DNA from: an uncultured Candidatus Rokubacteria bacterium
GTDB lineage: Bacteria; Methylomirabilota; Methylomirabilia; Rokubacteriales; CSP1-6
Reading direction: 5' to 3'
Assembly (NCBI GenBank): GCA_963771355.1
Contig: CAVYTA010000007.1
Coordinates: 576,001 to 640,000, forward strand
DNA: 64,000 bases
The position numbers were made by a program, and so were the translations under genes. This document shows, in pieces, positions 21,674-30,800 of this stretch (positions are counted from its first letter, which is position 1; every line of letters begins with the position of its first letter). A model generated the notes under the pieces. The model was given only the letters and a program-made list of their open reading frames with translations. It was not told the origin of the DNA and searched no databases.

Positions 21674-22906
21674 ATGGACGCGCATACCGGGGGAGAGGAA
21701 ACCCAGCATCTTCGAGCGGAGCTGAAGCGCGAGCGGGCGGCCCGGGTTGCGGCCGAAGCAGCCAACCGGTCCAACGACGAGATGCTCAACGCGATCTCGC
21801 ACAAGCTCCGCAATCCTCTCAATACCATCATGCTCTGGAGCCAGGTACTGCGAGAGCAGCCCGGGGATCCCGCGCTCGTGACGCGGGCCCTGGATGGGCT
21901 GGAGCACGCGGCGCGTCTGCAGATCCGCATGATCGACACGCTCCTCGACATGTCCCGTATCGCACTGGGCCGGTTGCGGCTGGAAGTTCAGGACGTCCCG
22001 CTCCGGCCCATCGTCGAGAGCGCGGTGGAGGCGTCGCGGCCGCTCGCGGCCGCCAAGGCCATCACGCTGGACACGAATCTCGCCGCCGGCCTGATCGCGG
22101 TGTCGGGGGACGCGACTCGTCTGGGTCAGGTGATCTGGCACCTGCTCTCGAATGCGATCCAGCACACGCCGCGCGGGAGCACCGTACGGATCGGGCTCAC
22201 CCGGACCCAGAGCCTGGCGCGAGTCACGGTGCGTGATTCCGGGGCCGGAATCGAGTCGTCGCGGATTCCCACGATCTTCGATCTCCACCAGACCAGCAGC
22301 GGCGGGACCTCGACCGACGACGCGCCCGGCCTGGGCCTTTCGCTGACGCGCCACATCGTGGAGCTGCACGGCGGCACGGTCCACGCCGAGAGTCCCGGCC
22401 ACGGCGAGGGCGCCACGTTCTCCTTCGAGCTGCCGTTGCTCGGATCGAGCACGCCGGCGGTGGTCGACCACTCCGGCGAGCCGGGTGGCAACGGCGTCGG
22501 GACACCCATCCCGGTGTCCCTGGGCGGCTTGCGCATCCTGATCGTCGAGGATGAGCCCAGCGCGCGCGACAGCATGCGCATCATCCTCCAGCGCTGCGGC
22601 GCCGAGGTGGCGGCGGTGGGCTCGGCTCGTCAAGCGCTGGAGACGCTCGCCGAAGGCCGCTTCGACGTCCTGGTGAGCGACATCGCGATGCCCGGCGGGG
22701 ACGGCTACGAGTTGCTGCGCCGTGTGCGGGCGCTGGCGCCCGAGGATGGTGGGCAGATCCCCGCCGTCGCCGTCACCGCGCAGGGCCCGGAGTCGCGGTC
22801 CCGCGCCCTCGCGGAGGGCTTCCAGCTCTACCTGAACAAGCCGGTCGACGCCGCCCACCTGGTTCGCCTCGTCACCGCGCTGGGCGGGCGCGCCCGCGGG
22901 GCCTAG
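21674..22906 (+). CDS. Sensorless hybrid histidine kinase, degenerate (HisKA-HATPase-REC)
   Basis: ISHKLRNPL H-box, LLSNAIQHT, APGLGLSL and REC SDIAMPGGDG. Confidence 0.85.
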   Translation: MDAHTGGEETQHLRAELKRERAARVAAEAANRSNDEMLNAISHKLRNPLNTIMLWSQVLREQPGDPALVTRALDGLEHAARLQIRMIDTLLDMSRIALGRLRLEVQDVPLRPIVESAVEASRPLAAAKAITLDTNLAAGLIAVSGDATRLGQVIWHLLSNAIQHTPRGSTVRIGLTRTQSLARVTVRDSGAGIESSRIPTIFDLHQTSSGGTSTDDAPGLGLSLTRHIVELHGGTVHAESPGHGEGATFSFELPLLGSSTPAVVDHSGEPGGNGVGTPIPVSLGGLRILIVEDEPSARDSMRIILQRCGAEVAAVGSARQALETLAEGRFDVLVSDIAMPGGDGYELLRRVRALAPEDGGQIPAVAVTAQGPESRSRALAEGFQLYLNKPVDAAHLVRLVTALGGRARGA

Positions 22907-22908
22907 CC

Positions 22909-24537
22909 ATGCCGCGATCGGGCCGGCTCCGGATGCCGGGACTGCGGCTTCCGAAAGGCCGCTGGCCCTACTGGGCTCTCGGTACCCTCGCGGTGGTGGC
23001 GCTGCTTGCCTATTCGGCGGCCTTTCTCATGGATGAGCCCCTGCGCCGCTCGATGGAGGGCCGGCTCAACGAGCGGCTGAAGGGCTATACCGCGCACGTC
23101 GGCAAGCTGGACTTCCACCCCTTCGGGTTCTCGCTGGACCTCGAGGACCTCGTGCTGACGCAGGACGCGCACCCGGATCCGCCGGTGGCCCGCATCCGGC
23201 GGCTCTCCGCCAGCGTGGAGTGGCGCGCGCTACTGTCCGGGAAACTGGTGGGCGACGTGGAGATCGTGGAGCCGAAGGTGAACCTGAACCTCGCCCAGGC
23301 GCGGGCGGAGGCCAAGGATCCGACGCCGGTGGAGAAGCGGGGCTGGCAGGAGGCGCTGGAGGCCATCTACCCGCTCAAGATCAACACCTTCGTGATCCGC
23401 CGCGGCGAGCTCGTGTACACCGATGAGGAGGGGCCTTTCGCCCCGCTGACGCTTCGGGAGCTCGAGCTCGAAGCCAGCAATATCCGCAACGTGCGCTCGA
23501 AGGAGCGGACCTATCCCTCCGCGGTCCACCTCACCGCGAGCGTCTTCGAGCGGGGCAAGCTCAAGGTGGACGGGAACGCCGACTTCATGGCGATGCCGCA
23601 CGCGGCGATCCTCGCCGACGTGCGCATGGAGGGCATCGAGCTCGACTACTTCCGCCCGCTCACCCGGCACTACGACGTCGTGGTCAAGGGCGGCGTGCTC
23701 TCTGCCGACGGTCGGGTGGAGTACGCGCCCACCGTGAAAACGGTGGAGCTGCGCGACGCCCGGGTCGACGGAGTCGCCGTGGAGTACATGCACAAGGGCG
23801 CCAAGGGGGTCAAAGGCGTGAGCAAGGTGGCCGAGAAGGCGGGCACGGCAGCGGCGGAGGCGGCCACCGAGAAGCCGGGCCTGATCATCCGCGCCGCCAA
23901 CCTCGAGGTCACGCGCAGCACCTTCGCGTTCGTGAACGCCGCCGCCAAGCCCCCCTACCGTCTCTACCTCTCCGACACCAAAGTGAAGATCAAGAACTTC
24001 AGCAACCAGCGCGCGGAAGGGCCGGGAGATGTGGAGCTGGCGGCGAAGTTCATGGGCACCGGCCCCACCGCGATGCAGGTTCGCTTCCGGCCCGGCACGC
24101 CGCGGCCCGACATGGACATCAAGATCCAAATCACCGACACCCAGATGCAGCGCATGAACGACCTGTTCCGCGCCCACGGCGGCTTCGACGTGAAGGACGG
24201 GCACTTTTCCTTCTTTTCCGAGATCAAGGTCAACAAGGGCCAGGTAGACGGCTATGTGAAGCCGCTGTTCAAGGACCTGGACGTGTATGATCCGAGCCAG
24301 GATCGAAACAAGAGCGTCTTCAAGCGCGCCTATGAGGCGATAGTGGGCGCCATCGCCGAGCTGCTGGAGAACAGGTCCCGCGACGAGGTGGCCACCAAGA
24401 CCCCCGTGAAGGGACGCATCGATAATCCCAATGTCGGGACGATGGAGGCCATTGTCCGTCTCGTACAGAACGCGTTCGCCGAGGCCATTATGCCGGGCTT
24501 CGAGCGGGAGCTTCGCCGGAAGTCGTCCTCGGGCTGA
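22909..24537 (+). CDS. DUF748-like / AsmA-like envelope protein
   Basis: N-terminal TM followed by a beta-rich body; GYVKPLFKDLDV and NAFAEAIMPG C-terminus. Confidence 0.75.
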   Translation: MPRSGRLRMPGLRLPKGRWPYWALGTLAVVALLAYSAAFLMDEPLRRSMEGRLNERLKGYTAHVGKLDFHPFGFSLDLEDLVLTQDAHPDPPVARIRRLSASVEWRALLSGKLVGDVEIVEPKVNLNLAQARAEAKDPTPVEKRGWQEALEAIYPLKINTFVIRRGELVYTDEEGPFAPLTLRELELEASNIRNVRSKERTYPSAVHLTASVFERGKLKVDGNADFMAMPHAAILADVRMEGIELDYFRPLTRHYDVVVKGGVLSADGRVEYAPTVKTVELRDARVDGVAVEYMHKGAKGVKGVSKVAEKAGTAAAEAATEKPGLIIRAANLEVTRSTFAFVNAAAKPPYRLYLSDTKVKIKNFSNQRAEGPGDVELAAKFMGTGPTAMQVRFRPGTPRPDMDIKIQITDTQMQRMNDLFRAHGGFDVKDGHFSFFSEIKVNKGQVDGYVKPLFKDLDVYDPSQDRNKSVFKRAYEAIVGAIAELLENRSRDEVATKTPVKGRIDNPNVGTMEAIVRLVQNAFAEAIMPGFERELRRKSSSG

Positions 24538-24558
24538 GTTCGCCGGAAGCCGTTTCCC

Positions 24559-24909
24559 ATGGCGCACATTCTTCTCGTGGAAGATGACGTGGACAGCCGC
24601 GACGCGCTCCGGTTCCTGCTGGAGCACTCGGGCCATCGCGTCAGTGTGGCCGGCGGCGGGCGGGAAGCCATCGCCCTGGCCGCCTCGCTGGAGCCGGACT
24701 GGGCGGTCATCGACATCGGCTTGCCCGACATCGACGGCTATGAGGCGGCGCGCGGCGTCCGGCAGAGCGCGCCATCGATCCGGCTGGTGGCGCTGACGGG
24801 CTATGGGCGCCCGGAAGACCGCGCGCGCGCGTTTGCCGCCGGCTTCGATGCCCATGTGATGAAGCCGGTGGATCCCGACCGACTCGCGGAGATCCTCACG
24901 TCGCGCTGA
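24559..24909 (+). CDS. Single-domain response regulator
   Basis: LVEDD, DIGLPDIDG, ALTGYG and MKP motifs. Confidence 0.9.
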   Translation: MAHILLVEDDVDSRDALRFLLEHSGHRVSVAGGGREAIALAASLEPDWAVIDIGLPDIDGYEAARGVRQSAPSIRLVALTGYGRPEDRARAFAAGFDAHVMKPVDPDRLAEILTSR

Positions 24910-24945
24910 CGCCACCTTCGGGTGGCATTCGCGCGCGCGGTATGC

Positions 24946-24961
24946 TGGCGGGTCTCTTGCA
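24946..24961 (+). promoter_or_regulatory. sigma54 promoter
   Basis: TGGCGGGTCTCTTGCA. Confidence 0.7.
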
Positions 24962-25016
24962 ATCTCTCGCCCGTGGGGCGGGCGCCTCCACATTCCATGC
25001 CCAAGGAGACACTGAC

Positions 25017-25550
25017 ATGGCCAGTCCATCCGCGATGGTGACGGGACTGTTCTGGGATCGAGAGGCGGCGGAGCGCGCGTATCAGGCGCTGCGTAGCCGC
25101 GGCTATAGTGATGCCGATATCAACGTGATGATGTCCGCGGCCACGCGTGAGCGCTTGTTCGGCGACGAGACGCCGCCCGGGACCGCGCGGGGGAGCAAGG
25201 CACTGGAAGGCGCGGGGGTGGGCGCCGGCGTGGGCGCGGTCACCGGCGGCGTGATCGCGGCGCTCGCGGCGGCGGCGACGGTGGTCGTGCCCGGCGTGGG
25301 GCTCGTCCTCGCCGGGCCGCTCGCGGCCGCGCTCGCCGGAGCCGGCGCGGGCAGCCTGACCGGCGGGGTGATCGGTGCGCTCATCGGCGCCGGCATACCC
25401 GAGGATCACGCGAAGGTCTACCAGCATGCCCTCGAGAACGGCGGCATCGTGATGGGAGTGGGCCCGCGCACCGACGAGGACGCGCGGTATTTCGAGTCGG
25501 AATGGCGGCGGGACCGCGACCCGGCCGAGAGTCGACCGGCCAGGCGGTAA
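25017..25550 (+). CDS. General-stress-type glycine-zipper membrane protein
   Basis: VTGLF.DRE.AERAY..L..RGY; GAGVGAGVG..AGPLAAALAGAGAG..GIPE; SD AAGGAG. Confidence 0.75.
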   Translation: MASPSAMVTGLFWDREAAERAYQALRSRGYSDADINVMMSAATRERLFGDETPPGTARGSKALEGAGVGAGVGAVTGGVIAALAAAATVVVPGVGLVLAGPLAAALAGAGAGSLTGGVIGALIGAGIPEDHAKVYQHALENGGIVMGVGPRTDEDARYFESEWRRDRDPAESRPARR

Positions 25551-25607
25551 CCGCTCCCCGTGCGGGTCGGAACGGCCGGGCCGTCCGAACCCGCACGGGG
25601 CGGGCGG

Positions 25608-25850
25608 CTAGGTCGCCGAGCGCAGCGTGGTGTTGCGGGGAGAAGGACGTACCGCCTCCTGCCCCGCGTGAATGGTCTGGCCGATCGTCTGCGACGCGCT
25701 CTCCACCAGTGTCTCGGCCTCCTTCAGCTTGTTGGCCGCCTTCGCGCGAAGGTCGCGTGTGCCGACCTCGACCAGCCGATTGATCTCATTACCCCACAGC
25801 CAGTAGGCGACTCCTCCTGCAACCGCGCCAACGACAAATGCCTTGATCAT
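25608..25850 (-). CDS. Small protein with N-terminal TM and helical tail (YtxH-like)
   Basis: MIKAFVVGAVAGGVAYWLW...; SD AGGAGGAG. Confidence 0.7.
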   Translation of the reverse strand: MIKAFVVGAVAGGVAYWLWGNEINRLVEVGTRDLRAKAANKLKEAETLVESASQTIGQTIHAGQEAVRPSPRNTTLRSAT

Positions 25851-25878
25851 GGTGTTCTCCTCCTGTCTACACGGAGGG

Positions 25879-25894
25879 AGCAAGGGTAATGCCA
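25879..25894 (-). promoter_or_regulatory. sigma54 promoter
   Basis: TGGCATTACCCTTGCT. Confidence 0.8.
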
Positions 25895-25895
25895 G

Positions 25896-25922
25896 GGCGA
25901 GGCTTACCCGATAGAAACTACC
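25896..25922. promoter_or_regulatory. Candidate tandem bEBP enhancer
   Basis: GGCGAGGCTTACC-c-GATAGAAACTACC. Confidence 0.55.
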
Positions 25923-26008
25923 GGCCGCCACACGTCCCGAAGGCAGAGGGCTGATCATCCGGAACCAAAAGCGCTTTAGATTCCCTCATTCGGAGGGCGG
26001 AACTCGGT

Positions 26009-26024
26009 CGGCACGCGCGTTGCA
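26009..26024 (+). promoter_or_regulatory. sigma54 promoter
   Basis: CGGCACGCGCGTTGCA. Confidence 0.85.
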
Positions 26025-26074
26025 GAACACGTGAGGCGGAAGGTGGCCGCAGTGGCGGTCGCCGGGGAGGACAC

Positions 26075-26227
26075 ATGAGTACCATCCTGATCGTCGTGCT
26101 GGTTCTTCTCTTGGTGGGAGCGATCCCGGCGTGGCCTCACAGCCGGCAATGGGGTTACTTCCCCAGCGGCCTTCTGGGAATCGTCCTGCTGGTGCTCTTG
26201 ATCCTCGCGCTGACAGGGCGAGTGTGA
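26075..26227 (+). CDS. DUF3309 family small membrane protein (50 aa; not in ORF track)
   Basis: MSTILIVVLVLLLVGAIPAWPHSRQWGYFPSGLLG...; SD GGAGG. Confidence 0.88.
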   Translation: MSTILIVVLVLLLVGAIPAWPHSRQWGYFPSGLLGIVLLVLLILALTGRV

Positions 26228-26292
26228 TGGCCGCCGCGACAACGTCCGCTAACCGAGTCCATCGAGTCAACCGAGTCAAAGGAGGATGGCTA

Positions 26293-27171
26293 ATGCACCG
26301 TGCTACCAAGCTGAGCGCAACCGTGATGATGGGGTTGGCGCTGGCGGCCGCACCCGCGTGGGTGAATGCCGCCGACGAGAAGAAGTCGACCACCGAGGCC
26401 GTGAAGACCAACGTGAGCGACTCCTGGATCACCTCGAAGGCCAAGATCGCGCTCTTCGCCGATAGCCGCGTTCCCGGCACCTCCGTGAACGTGGAGACCC
26501 AGAAGGGCACCCTTTATCTTCGCGGCAAGGTTGACACCGACGCCGCCAAGCAGGCCGCCGAAGAGGTCGCCAAGGGCGTCGATGGCGTGAAGAGCGTCAA
26601 GAACGAGCTGCAGGTCGTCCCCGCCGGCGACAAGAAGATGGTCGAGGCGAAGGACGAAGACCTGACCAAGCAGGTGAAGACCCGCCTCCAGAACGACGCC
26701 CGCCTCAAGAAGGTGGACGTGCGGGTGGACAATGGCGTGGTGACTCTGCAGGGCAAGGTGGCCAACATCGACGATAGCGCGCGCGCCTCGCAGCTGGCCC
26801 GCTCGGTGCCCGGCGTCCGCGCGGTGAAGAACGACATGACCTTCGACAGCGCGATGGACGATTCCAGCACCATGAAGGACCGTATGAGCCGGACGAAGGA
26901 GACGATGAAGGACAAGATGAGCACGATGACGGACGGCTCCGACAAGGTGACGGGCTCGCAGACCCACGTGGCGGCGGCCCAGCAGGCGCTCCAGAAGGAG
27001 GGCTTGAACCCGGGCCCGATCGACGGCTACATGGGGCCGCGCACGACCGCGGCGGTGCGTGAGTTCCAGCAGAAGCAGCAGCTCCAGGTGACCGGCCAGC
27101 TCGACCCCGAGACGCTGGGTCGGCTGGGCGTAGGCATCGGCGGCGCCACCCGGAAGCCGCAGTCCCCGTAA
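26293..27171 (+). CDS. Secreted OsmY-like protein with 2 BON domains plus a C-terminal peptidoglycan-binding domain
   Basis: Signal peptide; DSWITSKAK..VETQKGTLYLRG; second BON domain; PGPIDGYMGPRTTAAVREFQ. Confidence 0.9.
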   Translation: MHRATKLSATVMMGLALAAAPAWVNAADEKKSTTEAVKTNVSDSWITSKAKIALFADSRVPGTSVNVETQKGTLYLRGKVDTDAAKQAAEEVAKGVDGVKSVKNELQVVPAGDKKMVEAKDEDLTKQVKTRLQNDARLKKVDVRVDNGVVTLQGKVANIDDSARASQLARSVPGVRAVKNDMTFDSAMDDSSTMKDRMSRTKETMKDKMSTMTDGSDKVTGSQTHVAAAQQALQKEGLNPGPIDGYMGPRTTAAVREFQQKQQLQVTGQLDPETLGRLGVGIGGATRKPQSP

Positions 27172-27198
27172 GGGCGACCCGGCAACAGGGTGGATCGG

Positions 27199-27235
27199 CG
27201 GGCCGGGGAGGCGACTCCCCGGCCCGTTTTCTTTT
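27199..27235 (+). terminator. Rho-independent terminator
   Basis: CGGGCCGGGGAG-GCGA-CTCCCCGGCCCG followed by TTTTCTTTT. Confidence 0.9.
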
Positions 27236-27268
27236 GCGAATTTTCTCTATGGGCGAGGAGGGAATGAG

Positions 27269-27382
27269 GTGGACGACGGGGGCTGGCTGATACTGGCGCT
27301 GGTCGCGGGCGGACTCACGGCCTTCTTCTGGCTATGGCGCGAGCGCTGGCTACGCCGCCGGCGGCGCGACGGGGAACGCTAG
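27269..27382 (+). CDS. Putative 37-aa single-TM peptide (not in ORF track)
   Basis: GTG start after GAGGAGGG; MDDGGWLILALVAGGLTAFFWLWRERWLRRRRRDGER. Confidence 0.5.
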   Translation: MDDGGWLILALVAGGLTAFFWLWRERWLRRRRRDGER

Positions 27383-27627
27383 GTGGCGGTCGATCGGGTG
27401 GAGCGGACAGGAGCGACCGGCCGCCGGCGTAGCGAAGGGGTAGACAGGGGCCCGAATCGCCACGTCCGATGCTTCAGGACGGAGATCAGCAGGCCGAGCG
27501 CGAGGAGGATGAATAAGGCGCCAATGGTTCCCACGAGAAGAGGAGTCAAGTACGGCATCACCGAGAACCCGACGGGGAAGACGCTACCCACGACACCGAG
27601 TGCCATCAAGCCGATCGCAGTTCTCAA
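27379..27627 (-). CDS. Small two-TM hypothetical protein
   Basis: TTG start after SD GGAGG; own sigma54 promoter. Confidence 0.6.
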   Translation of the reverse strand: MRTAIGLMALGVVGSVFPVGFSVMPYLTPLLVGTIGALFILLALGLLISVLKHRTWRFGPLSTPSLRRRPVAPVRSTRSTAT

Positions 27628-27654
27628 TGTAGGAATTCCTCCAGTGGTCCCCTA

Positions 27655-27670
27655 CGCAATACAGGTGCCA
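27655..27670 (-). promoter_or_regulatory. sigma54 promoter
   Basis: TGGCACCTGTATTGCG. Confidence 0.88.
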
Positions 27671-27757
27671 GTCCTGGGACCTGGACGAAAGTGCTATCCT
27701 ATCGACACGATGTCTTGCCGGATCGGGGTGGCAGGCATCCGCCTGGAGTCACGAACA

Positions 27758-27784
27758 GGTAAATTTTTCCGGATAGATCTTTCC
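27758..27784. promoter_or_regulatory. Candidate tandem bEBP enhancer
   Basis: GGTAAATTTTTCC-g-GATAGATCTTTCC. Confidence 0.6.
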
Positions 27785-27804
27785 ATTCGGACCGACTGCT
27801 CGGA

Positions 27805-30800
27805 ATGAGCCTCTTCGTGTCGGGACCGATCCGGGCCGACCTGCTCAGTGCAGAGCGCCTCGAGCTGAAGGCCGAGTCCATCGCCCGGGACCGAGTGGTC
27901 GAGGGCAAGGTCGTCGATGCCTCCCTGCTTGGCCGCGTGCGGGACAACGGCCGGGTCTTGCTCCGGTGTTACCGGGCGCTCGCCGCGGTCATCGAGGAAG
28001 AGCGAGCCACCACCCCCGCCGCGGAATGGCTGGTCGACAACTTCCACATCGTCGAAGACGTCCTCAACGAGATCCGCACCGCCCTGCCGCCCGGCTTCTA
28101 CCGCCAGCTTCCCCGGCTCGGCGAGGGCCCGTTCACCGGCTCACCGCGCGTGGTCGGGCTTGCCTCGACCTTCGTGGCGCACACGGACAGCCGCTTCGAT
28201 CCCCTCGCGCTCCAGCGCTTCGTCTTGGCCTTCCAGCGCGTGCAGCCGCTCCAGATCAGCGAGCTGTGGGCGGTACCCATCGCCCTCCGCTTGACCTTGG
28301 TGGAGAACCTGCGCCGGCTCGCCGAGGAGATCGTCGAGGGCCGCGCGGATCGGCTCGCCGCGGATCGGCTCGCCGACATCCTGCTCGGACAGGGCGAAGG
28401 CCCTCCGGATCCCCTCGCGTTCCGGAGCCTGGGCGATCAGGTGCCGAGCACGCCCTTCGCCGTGCAGCTCGCCCAGCGCCTGCGCGATCAGGATCCCGAC
28501 GCCACCCCCGCCGCCCACTGGCTGGAGGAGCGGCTGGCCACCGTCGGAACCTCGTCGCAGGAGCTGGTGCGCGCCGAGCATCAGCGCCAGGGGGCGGCCA
28601 ACGTCAGCGTCCGCAACGTGATCACGAGCCTCCGCGTCATGGGGACGTTCGACTGGCACGAGTTCTTCGAGAGCGTGAGTCTCGTGGACCGGGTGCTGCG
28701 CGAGGAGAGCGCGTTCGGCGCGATGGACTTCGCCACCCGCGACCGGTACCGGCATGGCATCGAGGATCTCGCCCGCGGATCGGGCCGCACGGAGATGGAC
28801 GTCGCCCGCCAGGCTCTCGCGCTGGCGGGGGGAAGGGAAGACCCGGGCCACTACCTCATCTCGAAGGGCCGGCCCCGACTCGAGGAATCGCTCGACTATC
28901 GCACGTCGGTGCGGCAGCGCCTCGTCCGCGCCTACATGGCGTCCGCGACGTGGAGCTACCTCGGCTCGACCTTCATCGTCACCGCGTTCCTGCTGTGGTC
29001 GCCGCTCTTCTTCACCCATCATCTCGGGGTGAGCACGGCGCTGCTCGTGGTGCTCGGCGCCCTCGCGATATTTCCCGCCTCCGACGCCGCCACCGCGCTG
29101 ATCAACCGCGCGATGATGGAGCTGCTGCCCCCGCGCCCGCTGCCGCGGCTGGAGCTCGCCCGGGGCGTGCCGCCCGAGCTCAAGGCCCTGGTGGTTGTCC
29201 CCACGCTCCTGACGGACGAGGCGCAGATCGCCGAGCAGATCAGCCGCCTCGGGGTCCACTATCTCGCCAACTCCGACGGCGCGCTGCGGTTCGCCCTCCT
29301 CTCGGACTGGACCGACGCGCCCGGCGAGCACGCTCCCAGAGACGACGCGCTGCTCGCGGCGGCACGGGCGGGCATCGACGCGCTCAACCGCCAGTACGGG
29401 GCCGCCGCCGGGGGGGAGCCCCGCTTCTACCTCTTCCATCGCCGCCGCGTGTGGAGCGCGGGCGAGGGGACCTGGATGGGCTGGGAGCGCAAGCGGGGCA
29501 AGCTGCACGAGCTCAATCGGCTGCTGCGGGGCGCCGCCGACACCACCTTCCTCACCGCACCGGCGCCCTCCTCCGTGCCCGAGGACATCCGCTACGTGAT
29601 CACGCTCGATGCCGACACCCACCTGCCTCGCGGCGCGGCGGCGCGCCTGGTGGGAACGCTCGCCCACCCGCTCAACCGGGCGCGGCTCGACCCGCGCGAG
29701 CGTCGAGTGGTCGAGGGCTACGGGATCCTGCAGCCCCGCATCGCCCCCACGCTGCCCACCGACCGCGAGGGCTCGATCTACCAGCGGATCTCGTCCGGTC
29801 CGGCGGGCATCGACCCCTACGCCTCCGCGGTGTCGGACGTCTATCAGGACCTCTTCGGGGAGGGCTCGTATACCGGCAAGGGCATCTACGACGTCGATGC
29901 TTTCGAGAGCGCGCTCGCCGGGCGGGTGCCGGAGGGCGCGCTCCTGAGCCACGACCTGTTCGAGGGGCTATTCGCGCGGGCCGGGCTGGTCAGCGACATC
30001 GAGCTCTTCGAGGAGTTTCCGGCGCGCTACGAGGTCGCGGCGGCGCGGCAGCATCGCTGGGCGCGAGGTGACTGGCAGCTTCTCCCCTGGATCCTGCGCG
30101 GAGCGGCGGGCCGGGGCGCGGCGCGCGGGAGCATCACTCCGATCGGCCGGTGGAAGATGTTCGACAACCTGCGGCGCACGCTCTCCGCGCCCGCCGCCTA
30201 CCTCACCTTGCTCGTGGGCTGGACCTTGCCCGACGGGGTCGCGCTGATCTGGACCAAGTTCGTCCTGCTCGCCATCGCCATTCCGGCATTCATCCCGGTG
30301 TCGACGGAGATCCTGCCCCAGCGGCCCGGCATATCCAAGCGCGCCTACCTGCGGAGCGTGGCCGGGAGCCTCCTCCTGGCGATCGCCCAGGTCACCCTGT
30401 CGCTTGTCCTCCTCGCCCACCAGGCCTGGCTGATGGCCGACGCGGTGGTCCGGACCCTGGCGCGCCTCCTCTTCACGCGGCGTCGGCTCCTCGAGTGGGT
30501 CTCCGCCGCCCAGGTCAAGTCGAGCTCGACCCTCGAGCTGCGCAGCGTGTACGCACGCATGGCCGGGGCGCCCGTCCTCGCGCTGATCGCGGGCGTGGTG
30601 GCGATGTTGGCCCCGGGCGCGCACTGGATTCTCGCCGTCCCGCTCGTCACCTTCTGGCTGCTCTCGCCCGCCGTCGCCCGCTGGATCAGCCTGCCCCCCC
30701 GCGCCCGGCCGGCCGAGCAGCTGTCCCCCGGCGAGCGCGAGACCCTGCGCGCCACCGCGCGGCGAAGCTGGCGCTTCTTCGAGACGTTCGTGACCGCGGC

